Positions 36,123 to 49,389 of a stretch of 64,000 nucleotides of DNA are shown in pieces. Location of the stretch: positions 62,620,001-62,684,000 of the forward strand of contig NC_043010.1 of the NCBI RefSeq assembly GCF_006345805.1, read 5' to 3'. This stretch comes from Octopus sinensis (lineage: Eukaryota). The stretch's first letter is position 1; the number at the start of each line of letters is the position of its first letter. A model generated the notes under the pieces. It did not search any database and had not been told where the DNA came from. It saw only the letters and a program-made list of their open reading frames with translations. The position numbers were made by a program, and so were the translations under genes.

Positions 36123-36870
36123 ATCTTTCATTTCCAGTCCTCTTTGAGAAACATGTCTAGCCATGGAGGAAATATCACCTTGTTTGGAAACAGGTGAAGG
36201 TTGGTGACCAGAAGGGCAACAGGCCATAGAAAATCCGTCTCAATAAATTCTGTCCAACCATTGCCAGTATGTATGATGGTGACGTCTGTTTACAACCATC
36301 GGATGATGTAAAAGCAAGGATACACATGCAAACATACACTCAACACATGCACACAGATACACACACACACGTGACACCAGCTCCAGTACTTATTATGAGG
36401 CACCAGCTCCAGCGGGGTCACCAACTCCCTTGCAAGACCAAAACCCTTCAAATGGGAGGTGAGAAATTTTATTGAGTGGTTGTGGCTTTGTATCGGTTGA
36501 GAGATTTAAGGTAAAGAGGGGACAGGTGTAGTTGTCTTGGTGTAGAGTAGATACAGGGATACTCCAGCTGAAAAACAAAAGGGAATGAGTTATGTATGAA
36601 TGTTTATTAATTATTTAAACACATGACTGATGAATGCAAAGTATGTAAATTTATTACAGCCAAGTTCTGGTTTGTATTTGATTTAAATAGTGATTTAATG
36701 TAAGATTTCTTCGTAGACTGAAAAATGATAGGTTGTCACCTGATGAAGGGTCTATGAACTGTGAAACATGTCAGGGTAATCTTCCTTTTTTCTCTTTTTT
36801 TTTATTTGTGTGAAAAGAATAACCACGTCTATTTACAAATGTTTAAAATTTCACAGTGTAGACATTAAAT

Positions 36871-36980
36871 ACATTTCCCATCTATCTCCCGGATCATGGT
36901 TTCTGACTTTATATTAGCAAATAAAATAATTTGCTAATATAGAGTCAGAAACCATGGTCCAGGAGATAGATGGGAAATGT
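36871..36980. repeat. 52-bp-arm fold-back hairpin
   Basis: Arms 36871-36922 and 36929-36980 with 3 differences and a 6-nt loop. Confidence 0.92.
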
Positions 36981-37200
36981 TTTTATTTTTCATTTCTTTC
37001 AAAATTTATCCCTAATAGTGATTTGGATTTTGGCTACTCCTTCTAGCGTGCCAGGTATCTTAAAATGGTTACCTCTTATGTGTTTAAATGTACACTGTAT
37101 TTATATGAATAATATATTGTCTATTGACTAATTTTTCTACACGCTAGGCCACTGGTACTAAAAAAATTTCTAAAATTTTTCTTACCCTGATATTATTAAT

Positions 37201-37297
<97 letters not shown>

Positions 37298-37326
37298 GTA
37301 TATATGTGTGTGTGTTTGTATATATA

Positions 37327-37357
<31 letters not shown>

Positions 37358-37546
37358 GTATATATGTATATGCGTGTATATGTTTGTGTGTGTGTCCCCA
37401 CCAACATTGCTTGACAACCGATGCTGGCATGTTTATGCCCCATAACTTATATTATTATTAATAATATAAGTTAATATATTATTATTATAATAATAATAAT
37501 ATCAAATATTGTTATATATTATATATATATATTATTATTATATATA

Positions 37547-38109
37547 CATTCAGACATGCAGGAAGTAATTAGACACCTTTAATTTTCAAAATCTCTGATC
37601 TAAGCATCTTAATATGTTTTCAGCGGTGTAGTATTTATGATGTAATTATTCTTTTGCATTCCAGGTGCCATTATATTAAACATTTGCGAAGATAACCATG
37701 TCACACACAAAAAATTCAGCAGAACTGTCAGGTTTTCAAAGAGGTCGTCTTGTTGGACAGTCTGAGGCTGGTCTTAGCAACCAAACAATTGCTGAAAATC
37801 TTCAAATTCCTCTTGCTACTGTTAATAGAGTTATAGTGCAATTAAAAAGCCAAGGAAAAGAATCAACAGATTCTCGTCCCAACTGACCTGGGCCCTCGGA
37901 AAGGAAGCTTCGCTGTTTGAAAAAAATTGTGGAAAGGCTTCTGACATTGCAAAACAGCTAGAAGTTAGTCCAAGAACGTGTGTTACATATCAGCATAAGC
38001 TTGGGTATTATGGACGAACAGCTAGAAGAAAACCTCTCCTTCAACCAATTAATATCAAATAAAAGATTTTGAAAATTAAAGGTGTCTATTTACTTCTTGC
38101 ATGTCTGTG
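37547..38109 (+). mobile_element. Internally deleted Tc1-family transposon
   Basis: TA-flanked ~46-bp TIRs. ORF 37698-37886 ([19 protein letters not shown]...) is the N-terminal HTH, and LGYYGRTARRKPLL follows after a stop and frameshift. Confidence 0.88.
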
Positions 38110-38129
38110 TATATGTATATATATATAAA

Positions 38130-38601
38130 TCGAAATCAAATTCAATGAAATGGCATCTGTGTTAGTAAGAGCACCATCCAAGCATGATCATTGCCAGAGC
38201 AACAAACTGGCTTCCATGCAGGTGGCACGTAAAAAGCACCATTCGAGCATGATTGTTACCAGCGTCGCCTTACTGGCACTTGTGCTGGTGGCACGTGAAA
38301 AAACATTTGAGTGAGGTCGTTGCCAGTGCCGCTAGACTGGCTCCTGTGCAGGTGGCATATAAAAAAACACCATCTGAGCATGGCCGTTGCCAGTACCGCC
38401 TGACTGACCCTCATGCCAGTGGCATGTAAAAGCACTCACTACACTCTCGGAATGGTTGGCATTAGGAAGGGCATCCAGCTGTAGAAACTCTGCCAGATCA
38501 GATTGGAGCCTGGTGCAGCCTTCTGATTTGCCAGTCCTCAGTCAAATCTTCCAACCCATGCTAGCATGGAAAGCAGACATTAAACAATGATGATGATGAT
38601 G
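38130..38601 (+). mobile_element. RTE 3' UTR with about four internal ~65-bp units
   Basis: Repeated GTGC..GTGGCAC.T.AAAA.CACC units and a (GAT)n tail. Confidence 0.85.
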
Positions 38602-38619
38602 ATATCCGAGTTTGTATGA

Positions 38620-38930
38620 TATACACAAGAATATATTAATCAATTAACAATTAATAATTAATATATTAATAATTAATAATTAATAATGATGAATAATTAA
38701 TAATAAATAATAATAATAATAATAATAATAATGATCTAATAATAATAATAATATATAATAATAATAATAATAATAATAATGAATAAATAATAAATAATAA
38801 TAATAATAATAATATAATAATAATAATAATAATAATAATATTAATAATAATAAGAATAATAATAGAAGAAGAAGAAGAAAAGAAGAAGAAATAATAATAA
38901 ATAATAATTAATAATTAATAATATTTTAGT
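38620..38930. repeat. (AAT)n microsatellite
   Basis: Direct reading. Confidence 0.95.
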
Positions 38931-39365
38931 ATATTAACCAAGAAGAATATATTAATCAATAAAATTCCAACAAAGTCTGTTTTTCAGGTTTTGTTATTTG
39001 CAATTTTTACAATTTGACAATATTGAAATAAACTAGTACTTTCATGCTTTATGCAATCGTCAGGTTTATGTGATGACAATTATGTTCCACAATTGGCAAC
39101 TGCAGTGAAATGATTCAATTTATCCATTAAATATCCTGTGATGGGCTCCAGAAGGCTGAGTCTTATGAACTGTATTTTGACCAATCAGTGTGTGGCGTGG
39201 ACGTCACGGTTTAGTAGACATGTGTCAAGGATTCTTTAGATTGACTGAATCTAAAGGAATAATTTGTTTGGCTATATTTTGGAATATTGTAAACAACATT
39301 CTTGTTTTTATTGAATTCTGTTATTACTATTCCAGAAATGTTTACAATTCAATGGAGTCAACACT

Positions 39366-39396
<31 letters not shown>

Positions 39397-39429
39397 TCAC
39401 CTTTATTATTGTTGTTGTTATTAGTGGTA

Positions 39430-39477
<48 letters not shown>

Positions 39478-39537
39478 TAGTAATAGCAGTTGTACTTATC
39501 ATTATTATTATCATCAGCATCATATCTTTTATCTTTT

Positions 39538-39775
39538 TTTTCATTTACTGGTTTCAGTCCAGGGCTGAGGTCATGCTGGAGCACCACCTGTGGTTACTCG
39601 GTGTTGTTTCCGGAATTCTCTTTGGTGAAGCAGCGAGTTGGGTTGGACGGAGCTGCTCTTCTTTGTGTCTCCTGCCGTGATGTGGGTTCATCTGGTGTCT
39701 CAGATAGAAACCTGTCCAGACGTTCCTTGAAAACTTCCACATCAACACCATGTAGACCTCTATTGTTGCCTGGAA
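39538..39775 (-). pseudogene. CR1/L2-group LINE 3' end sharing its tail with SINE family A
   Basis: LFNILPGNNRGLHGVDVEVFKERLDRFLSETPDEPTSRQE, then GGTGCTCCAGCATGACCTCAGCC. Confidence 0.8.
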
Positions 39776-39778
39776 GGA

Positions 39779-39985
39779 TGTTGAAGAGCATTGGCTCGAA
39801 ACATAAAAGACTTTCTTACTTCCCAAGCGTTAAACTAATACATCTGTTTGCTTTGTACACCACCTGTCTTCATCTTTTGTTTTTTTTGTGAATTCTCTCC
39901 CTATATATATATATATATATATATAGTTACAAAAAACAAAAGTTACAAAAAAACAAAAGACAAAGACGGGTGGGTAAAACAACAA
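39779..39985 (+). mobile_element. Penelope-type repeat with a hammerhead remnant, and an inverted partner across (TA)n
   Basis: UGUUGA-A-GAGC(AUUG)GCUC-GAAAC-AU-A-AAAG at 39779-39809. Homologous to 61905-62035. Confidence 0.65.
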
Positions 39986-40085
39986 NNNNNNNNNNNNNNN
40001 NNNNNNNNNNNNNNNNNNNNNNNNNNNNNNNNNNNNNNNNNNNNNNNNNNNNNNNNNNNNNNNNNNNNNNNNNNNNNNNNNNNNN
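39986..40085. other. Assembly gap (100 N)
   Basis: Run of N. Confidence 1.
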
Positions 40086-40707
40086 CGCCATCACCACCAC
40101 CACTGCTGTTGCCACCACTACTACCGTCACCACCACCAACACTTAGCCTGATATAATCGACTGCTCCCGTCCTGTAAAGTTTTGGGTTTTGTTCTTATGT
40201 AAGAGACTGGCCAGCAATTTTGGGCATTCCATTGAACCCCCCCCCCCCACCGAATTCAAAGAGTCCCTATTTTATTGACCCCCAAAAGGCTGAAAGACAA
40301 AGTCAACCTTGGTGGCATTTGAAACCAGAACGTAGAAACGGATGACATACCACTAAGCACTTCGCCCAACCTGCTAACGATTCTGCCAGCTTGCTGCTTT
40401 AATTTCATTTAATTAAACGATGCATTTTTAATGAGATAGATTAGATTGGCTCTCTCTAAGAAGGAACTTAATTATTGGCAGGTTTTCAGAAAGACACAGC
40501 CATATGCCATTCTCAATCGACAGTTATCACCATCATCATCACCATCATCATCACCATCATCATCATCACCACCACCATAACCACCTCAACCACCACCACC
40601 ACCACCACCTTCATCATCATCATCAACACCACCACCACCACCATCATCACTCTTCTCCTCCTCATCTTCCTCCTCTTCCTCCTCTTCCTCCTCATCATTG
40701 TCGTCGT

Positions 40708-40719
<12 letters not shown>

Positions 40720-40738
<19 letters not shown>

Positions 40739-41260
40739 AGCATCAAATATCCATTTGCCATGCTGGCATTGGTTGGATGGTTTGACAGGAGTCAGTGATC
40801 AGGATGATTGCAACCAAAATCCAATATCTGCTTTTGTATGGTTTCTATGGCAGGATGGCCTTCCCAACACAAATAACTCTACTTCACAGATAGATAGAAA
40901 GAGAGAGAGAAAAAAAAAGAGAGAGAAAGAGAAAGAGAGAGAAGATGGTGGTGTGAAGATGCCTTGGGATGTGGTGCTGAGGTGCCACGTCACAAGCATT
41001 GGTGTCAGTGCTGGCATCACATAAAATGTGCTGGTGATGGTGCCACTTAAAACATACTCAGAACATTCGGTGAAGGGATTGGTGTCAGGAAGGGCATCCA
41101 GTTGCAGAAACCAATTCAAAACAGACCATGGAACCTGGTACGACCCCAGTTTTGCCAGCTCCTGTCAAACTGTCCAACTCATTCCAGCATGGAAAATGGA
41201 CATCAAATGATGACGACGATGATGACGATGACAACGACGGCGATGGTGATGATAACGACG
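40720..41260. mobile_element. Two diverged RTE 3' ends in opposite orientation
   Basis: Minus-strand copy at about 40720-40890 and plus-strand copy at about 40950-41260. Confidence 0.65.
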
Positions 41261-41764
41261 ATGATGACATACACTCAAGCGAATGAATATAAAGAAAGTG
41301 ATACAGAAAGTCAGTCAGGGTGAGTGGGAGGTAAGATCAGGGTGGCAGATGGATAAAGATATGGAAAGAGATGAATGCAGTGAACGGTGAATACAGGTGG
41401 AGGCAGGAGCAATCATGCACAAAATTTAGTTTTGGTTACAAACTTTGGTGAAAAACCCTTGTTCATAATGATAAATGGATGGGAACAACAAAAGGGCTTT
41501 CCATACACTTTGTAGGCACCCAGTTTGGTAGACACCCTGAATTTAGTTGGTCGTGTGTAATTATTTTGTAATTCAGGTGTTTTCTTTATACAAATCTCAT
41601 GTACCCCTTCACTTTGTCTTGTGCACACTTTGGGGTAGAGATACTCTGGTTCAATACTGGATTAACAATTAAGCAAAATAAGAACAGGCTGAGGGCATCA
41701 AGGAAAGGGGGCAGGGCACCACAGAAATGGTAAATGGTTTACAGTGCAAAAGAAATCACTTTAA

Positions 41765-42239
41765 CCCTTTCGTTCCCAACCTGGCTGAAACCGGTTCTGG
41801 CTCTGTAGTACAAATGTCTTGTTTTCATAAGTTCTGAATTAAAATCTTCCATCAAACCTTAGTCACAATTTATGTTCCTAACACTAGCTGAATGATAACT
41901 AAGTTATTCTACTAAATTCTTTCTTATATTTAAAATTAATTGAAAGAAACACAGAGCATCTTAATAGAAATATGGTAACAAAAGGGTTAAAATATATAAT
42001 AGAGAAACAATTCTTAACCCTTTTAATACCAACCTGGCTGAAACCAGCTCTGGCTCTGTAGTACAAATGTCTTGTTTTCATAAGTTCTGAATTAAAATCT
42101 TCCACCAAACCTTTGTCACAATTTATGTTCCTAACACTAGTTGAATGATAGCTAAGTTATTTTACTAATTTTTTTTTATATATTTAAAGTAATTGAAAGA
42201 AACATAGAGCATCTCGACAGAAATACAGTAATGAAAGGG
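41765..42239 (-). mobile_element. Dimeric piggyBac MITE, second locus
   Basis: Units 41765-41986 and 42018-42239. The spacer is the exact reverse complement of 10948-10970. Confidence 0.9.
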
Positions 42240-43084
42240 TTCAACATGCTAAAATATTCAAAGTGGTTTATATGATTGGAAATATAACTTCGAAGTGTTC
42301 GTGGTGTCATAGTGAGGATCTGGTCAAAGTCTTTGCCATTAAAAGAGGTAGGAGAAAACTTTGCAAATATAAATGATGTTGGAAGGATACAAAAATAAAC
42401 TTTATTTTCCATCTTACTGTTCGTTTTGTTTCATTTTGAAAAAAAACATTTATTTTATGGTTTATTATTGTTTATAGTTTGAATTACATAAATACGGGGA
42501 CACCAAAATCTTTTAAGCATTTGGGGTCTCTATGAGTTTTAATCCAGCCCTGCCCCTGGTTTAAAAACCCATGCAGTAAGACAGGGGTCAGTGAACCGGG
42601 GTAAAAATGAAATTCTTGGGGATAATGGGGACTCAGTGTAAATAAATATATTTTGAGGGAATTGATTAAAAAAGTTCTGCTGGCCCTTGTGATTTGACTG
42701 CTATTTCTAGCTGTCTGGTTGACCATTCATGGGGCTGCTCAGCTCATCCATTGGTTTATGGTTTATCGCTGGCAGGTACTCGAGGGTGAGTAATAATTGT
42801 TGTAGCAGGGTATATGTGTACTGTTAGTGAAATAATGGGGTGGGGGCAGATGAAAGGGTGGATGTGTGGGTTGGTGGGTGGGTGGGTGGGTAGACGAGGA
42901 TGGTGGGCAGGGTGAGTGATAGCATTGTGGTTGCTTTCAGACAATATGACAGCCACGGCAATAATCGGAACATGTGCTTCGGAATATCGGGATTATCAGA
43001 CTAACAGGATTAACAGAAGAGCAGGATTAAAAGATAAACAGGATTAACAGTTTAAGAGTATGACAGATGTCTGATGAGGACAAG

Positions 43085-43115
<31 letters not shown>

Positions 43116-43489
43116 GGGGAAAGAGAGAGGGAGTAAGTTGGAAGAGGGGGGTGCCAGGACAGAAGGGATTTCTAACGGTGAAGTTAAAACTACTGGTAGG
43201 GGACAGAGGGGCTGTGACCATCACATTGCAATTTTTAGGGGTCACAAGGTTTTAGGGATTTTGCGAACCGAACGAACCCAGCAACAGACTGTGGTCATTT
43301 GATGAGCCAGAAACAGCAGTCAAATTCCATTCATTCAACAGTGTATGGCTTTTGTAAGAGATAGACATATTGGATAGTATGGTTTGAAAAAAAAAACAGA
43401 TGGATTGGTCATGGCTGGAGCACTTTTGTCAACCAGTGTCATTGTTGACAGGGCCATTTCAATGGGGATTCTTCAGCATCCCTCATTCC

Positions 43490-44235
43490 TTTTGAGGCTT
43501 CTCTCCTTACCACTCTCACCCCCACCTATTCCCTCTCTTTCTCTCTCTTGCTGCCCTCTTTCTCTCTTCCTTCTCTCTCTGCCTTCCTTCTCTCTCTCAC
43601 CCTCCCTTTCTCTTTTTCTCTCTCTTTCCTTCTCTGCTCTCCCTCTTTCTCTATGCACTCCCTCCCTCTCTTCACTTCCCTCTTTCTCAAACTCTCTCCC
43701 TCTCTCTCCCTCCTTCTCTTTCTCTTCATCTGTTCTTCTCTTTCTGGCTTCCCTCTTTTTCTCTCCTTTCCCTCCTTCTCTCTTTCTCTCTCCTCTCTCT
43801 CTCTCTCTCTGCCCTCAGTCTCTCTCTCTATGTGAGAATATTTATTTTTACCTTTTTACAGGTAAGACAAGTGGAAAAGCATTCATGTCACACCTGTTCA
43901 CTTAACAAATTGTAATCTTTCTCTCTCTTCTCTCGTTCCCACTTCTCTCTCTCTCTCTCTTTATCTCTCTCCCTCTCACTTCTCTCGTTCCCACTTCTCT
44001 CTCTCTCTCTTCTCCCTCTCTCCCTTTATCTCTCTCCCTCTCACTTCTCTCGTTCCCACTTCTCTCTTTCTTTTCTCTCTCTCTCTCTCTCCCACTTCTC
44101 TCTCTCTCTCCCACTTCTCTCTCTGTCTTACTTCTCTCTCTGTCTTACTTCTCTCTCTCTCTCTCTCTCTCTCTGGACTTCTGCTCTCCCTTCTCCTCTC
44201 TCTCTCTTCTTCTCTCTCTCTCTCTCTCTCTCTCA
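43490..44235. repeat. (CT)n-rich low-complexity tract with repeated CTCTCGTTCCCACTT units
   Basis: Direct reading. Confidence 0.9.
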
Positions 44236-44594
44236 AAGGGACAAATTGCATAGGTTCAGTCTGCTTTGGGTGAGGCTTTCCTGAGGGCACCACTTTTGGC
44301 CCTGCTGTAAAAGACTGTATAGGCCTGGTGGCACAGGGCCACCCTGAGTGGCACACACTTCTTGCTACATCACAGCTGATATGACTCAGCTGCGATATCA
44401 TCCTATGCAAGATTCTAGGAAATGACTACAAACTAGACATGACACTGTCTTTCCGTTCGGTTCAGAAGAATAAAGTCAAACAGACATAAACAAGCCAGAC
44501 GCTGCACCGACAAGACAACCTTTTACGTATTTATGGGTCTATAAAACATTCAGCCAGCCATCTTGGAATTTTCCAATGTTTTTATAAAAGATTA

Positions 44595-44929
44595 TGTCTC
44601 TCTCTCTATCTATCTATATATCTATCTATCTGTCTGTCTGTCTATTTATCTATCTGTCTGTCTATCTATTTATCTATCTGTCTATCTATCTGTCTGTCTG
44701 TCTATCTGTTTATCTATCTGTCTATCTGCCTGTCTATTTATCTATCTGTCTGTCTGTCTGTCTATCCTATCTATCTATCTATCTATCTGTTGATCCATCT
44801 ATCTATCTGTCTGTCTGTCTGTCTATCTGTCTGTCTATCTGTCTGTCTCTCTATCTATCTATCTGTCTGTCTATCTGTCTCTTTATCTATCAATCTATCT
44901 GTCAGTCTGTCTGTCTATCTATCTGTCTG

Positions 44930-45000
<71 letters not shown>

Positions 45001-45270
45001 GTTGATCCATCTATCTATCTATCTGTCTGCCTGGCTATTTATCTATCTATCTATCTTTCTATCTATCTATCTCTCTGTCTGTCTATCTGTTTGCCTATCC
45101 TTCCATGCATCCATTTATCTATCCATCCACCCATCTCTCTGTCTGTCTGTCTATCTCTTTGTATATCTGTCTATCTATCCATCCATCTATTCATCCATCC
45201 ATCCATCCATCCATCCATCCATCCATCCATCCATCTATCAATCTATTTATGCATCTCTCTGTCTATCTAT
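44595..45270. repeat. (CTAT/CTGT/CCAT)n tetranucleotide array
   Basis: Direct reading. Confidence 0.95.
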
Positions 45271-45809
45271 CTGTGTGTGTGTGTGGTTGTGTGTGTGTGT
45301 GTGTATGGACTGGTGAATGTTGGTATACATAAATTAGTATTTGTATATTCTATTAGAAGTTGAGCTTTCTTGAACGACTATTCAGGGTTTCACAATGCTG
45401 ATTATTCAGCTGATTAAACTGAAGAAGCATCGTGACATTATATAAGCAAAACCGTTTGTATACACATAGAAATTTAATCGTTTTTCCAAGAAACTATTCA
45501 CAACTATGTCATAAATTCATTTATTCAAATGCAAAAATAAGGAATGAAATATTATATGGTATAATCCACCTTGTAGTTCAAATGTTTGTTCCTGTGTTGC
45601 CGGTTCAGCAATAGACACTCTGATGGAATAAAATACTAGACATTAAAATAAGCTCTAGGATCAATCTGTTCAGCAAAGCACATCAAGGTAGTGCCCCACC
45701 ATGGCTGCAGTCCAAAGACTGAAACAAGTTAAATAAACGAGATAACAAGTTAAACAAGATAGAAGCTCTATATCATCATCATCGTCGTTGTCGTCGTCGT
45801 CGTCGTCAT

Positions 45810-45850
<41 letters not shown>

Positions 45851-46411
45851 CCATCATCATTATCAACCTTACCAAGATCAAAGTTTTGATGGCTATTTTT
45901 TCTATGCTTGTAAGGTTTAGACTGATTCCTATGAAGCAAAAACATTTCTACAGCAAGAAAGCTTAAAAAAAACGTCACCACTTTTATAACAGTGAATTTT
46001 GTTTATAAATAGCCTGTAACGTTTTGAAAAGGAGACACACAACAAACACAGACTCAAGCACATAGACATGCATAGGGTATGGTTAACCTGGTACTATTAA
46101 TAGACACCATTATACAAGATAGTATATATTTACTATTACACACACACACACACACACTTTAACACATCAGAGCCGCATCCCACAAGAAGACCTGTACTCC
46201 ACAGCAGAAGTGTTAAGGTTGCTTCCCCGGCGAAGAGGATTGGCCTGAAAGAGTTCTGTGCCAGTACCATGTAAAAATCACTTGTGCCAGTGCCATGTAA
46301 GGGTGCCCATGCGGTGCCATGTAAAAGCACCAGCACACTCTGTAAAGTGGCTGGCTTTAGGAAGAGCATCAAGCCATAAAAACCACGGTGCAGCTCTTCA
46401 GTTTGCCAGCC

Positions 46412-46460
<49 letters not shown>

Positions 46461-46617
46461 ATATATATATATTATATATAAATGGATGAATGAATTATCC
46501 TTTGTTTACAGTTAACACAGAAAATTCAATAAACAGTTACCAGGGTAGCAAATATAGTGAAGTACAACAAAGTAAAAGAATTTGAATAACACCTGCATTC
46601 AACTCCATTTATTTACT

Positions 46618-46697
<80 letters not shown>

Positions 46698-46814
46698 CAT
46701 GTATACATATATATATATATAGTTGTGAAATTTATAGAAAATGAAAGACAAAAACAGTTGTATGAACAACAAGCAAGTGAATTAGTTTGATACTCAGGAA
46801 AAATGAAAAAAAGT

Positions 46815-46849
46815 CTTTTATGTTTTGAGCTATGCTCTTCAACAGAAAG
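46815..46849 (-). ncRNA. Degenerate minimal hammerhead (CUGUUGA variant)
   Basis: CUUU-CUGUUGA-A-GAGC(AUA)GCUC-AAAAC-AU-A-AAAG. Confidence 0.5.
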
Positions 46850-46906
46850 GAATAAGAGGAAACTAAACAGAGAGAGAATGAAAAAACTTGCAGATTTCAG
46901 TGGCCC

Positions 46907-46999
<93 letters not shown>

Positions 47000-47208
47000 T
47001 ATATATATATTGTCCAAAATGGTTGTGATTTCTGGGAAAGAAAGAAAGCCAATAATGACCTGTCTTTTTTTTACCTGTCCTTCTAATTGTTATTCTCTTG
47101 TCTGCATTTGTATCGTGTCTGTCTGTCCAAACGTGTTAATGCCCTCTATTGTGTTTTGTTCCATTTTTATATATAATATATAATACATACATACATACAT
47201 ATATATAT

Positions 47209-47265
<57 letters not shown>

Positions 47266-47619
47266 CACATAATATACATATACATATATATATATATACA
47301 TATATATATGTATGTATATGTATGTAAATATATGTATATATATATATATATATATAGATGTATATATGTATGTATACGTATATGCATACATGTATGTGTA
47401 TGTATGTATGTATGTATGTGTGTGTGTGGTGCGTATATATATATATATTATGTAGATAGGCTTCTAATCCCAATCTGTGTCCTCTTGAAGTACATTTGTG
47501 CACAAACACTGTATGTGCTTTGTTTATACACCAATTTGCTGTGGGGTAGCATCCTGGCAAAGCTCCCTACATGACTCTGAGTATTAAAGAACACTGAATG
47601 TATACACACACACCACACA

Positions 47620-47657
<38 letters not shown>

Positions 47658-47943
47658 CAATAAACTGTGAGTGTATCAATAAAAGAGATAGACTTCAATA
47701 TCACTGAAACGTACAGAACTCAGATTTTCCTAACAAGCCTAGCTTCCGCTGGAACAATTAATGGTTCCATGACATTTTCCCCAGTAGCTCTGTGTTGTTC
47801 CTGAAATGGTTTCATGTGACGGCTAATGAATGGTGCTATATAACATTGTTTGCCAACTGGAAATGGGATAACCTCATACCCATGGCTTAATGGGGAAACT
47901 GAGCATTGTATGTCAATGTCTCCTTGTTTGTATAATATATATA

Positions 47944-49348
47944 CGAAGGGAAGTCAAAAATTATCCACACTTTCACCATAACATATCTTTACTATTGCCA
48001 CACTGCCTTCTGTGCATGCTTGCTTATAGTTGGTACTATTGTGGTCATGTGATCGTGCCATTTTCATTTGGCACTATTGTGGTCATGTGATCGTGCCATT
48101 TTTATTTGGTACTATTGTGGTCATGTGATCATGCCATTTTCATTTGGTACTTTTGTGATCATGTGATCATGCCATTTTCATTTGGTACTATTGTGATCAG
48201 GTGATCGTGCCATTTTCATTTGGTACTATTGTAATCATGTGATCGTGCCATTTTTATTTGGTACTATTGTGGTCATGTGATTGTGCCATTTTCATTTGGT
48301 ACTATTGTGGTCATGTGATCGTGCCATTTTTATTTGGTACTATTGTGGTCATGTGATTTGCCATTTTTATTTGGTACTATTGTGGTCATGTGATCGTGCC
48401 GTTTTTATTTGGTACTATTGTTGTCATGTGATCGTGCCATTTTCATTTGGTACTATTGTGGTCAGGTGATCGTGCCATTTTTATTTGGTACTATTGTGGT
48501 CATGTGATCGTGCCATTTTTATTTGGTACTATTGTGGTCATGTGATCGTGCCATTTTCATTTGGTACTATTGTGGTCATGTGATCGTGCCATTTATATTT
48601 GGTACTATTGTGGTCAGGTGATTGTGCCATTTTTATTTGGTACTATTGTGGTCATGTGTTATCGTGCCATTTTCATTTGGTACTATTGTGGTCATGTGAT
48701 CGTGCCATTATATTTGGTACTATGTGGGTCAGGTGATTGTGCCATTTTTATTGGTACTATTGTGGTTATGTGATTGTGCCATTATATTGGTACTATTGTG
48801 GTCAGGTGATTGTGCCATTTTTATTTGGTACATTGTGGTCCATGTGATTGTGCCATTTTTATTTGGTTATATTGTGGTCATGTGATCGTGCCATTTTCAT
48901 TTGGTACTATTGTGGTCATGTGACCGTGCCATTTTCATTTGGTACTATTGTGGTCATGTGATCGTGCCATTTTTATTTGGTACTATTGTGGTCATGTGAT
49001 CGTGCCATTTTCATTTGGTACTATTGTGGTCAGGTGATCATGCCATTTTTATTTGGTACTATTGTGGTCATGTGATCGTGCCATTTTCATTTGGTACTAT
49101 TGTGGTCAGGTGATCGTGCCATTTTTATTTGGTACTATTGTGGTCATGTGATCGTGCCATTTTTCATTCTGGCTTTACAGTGTAAGCATAGCCACTTCAC
49201 TAGCAATGTGCACCAAAGAAGAACAGGCTCAAACTTTGAACACATGACCACAATAGCACTAACTATATGCACACTCGCGCAGAGGGCAGTGTGACAATAA
49301 TAAAGATGTGTTACAGCAAAATTGCAGATAATTTTTGACTTCCCCTAG
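47944..49348. mobile_element. mariner-type non-autonomous element with 108-bp TIRs
   Basis: TA|CGAAGGGAAGTCAAAAATTATC...GATAATTTTTGACTTCCCCTAG|TA. TIRs at 47944-48051 and 49241-49348. Confidence 0.88.
48031..49168. repeat. 38-bp minisatellite, about 30 copies
   Basis: Unit TGGTACTATTGTGGTCATGTGATCGTGCCATTTTCATT. Confidence 0.97.

Positions 49349-49389
<41 letters not shown>

Noticed and set aside
43068-43080. Isolated CTGATGA hits (also 18028 and the antisense YADD codons at 31265)
   Set aside because: No partner GAAA strand or helices.
47750-47832. Possible fourth permuted hammerhead (GGAACA/TGTTCC, GAAAT, CTAATGA)
   Set aside because: The core has a mismatch and stems I and III cannot be built in register. 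Worth revisiting only with a family consensus.
48031-49168. Possible CRISPR-like array
   Set aside because: Units are contiguous with no unique spacers, and the context is eukaryotic. It is a minisatellite.
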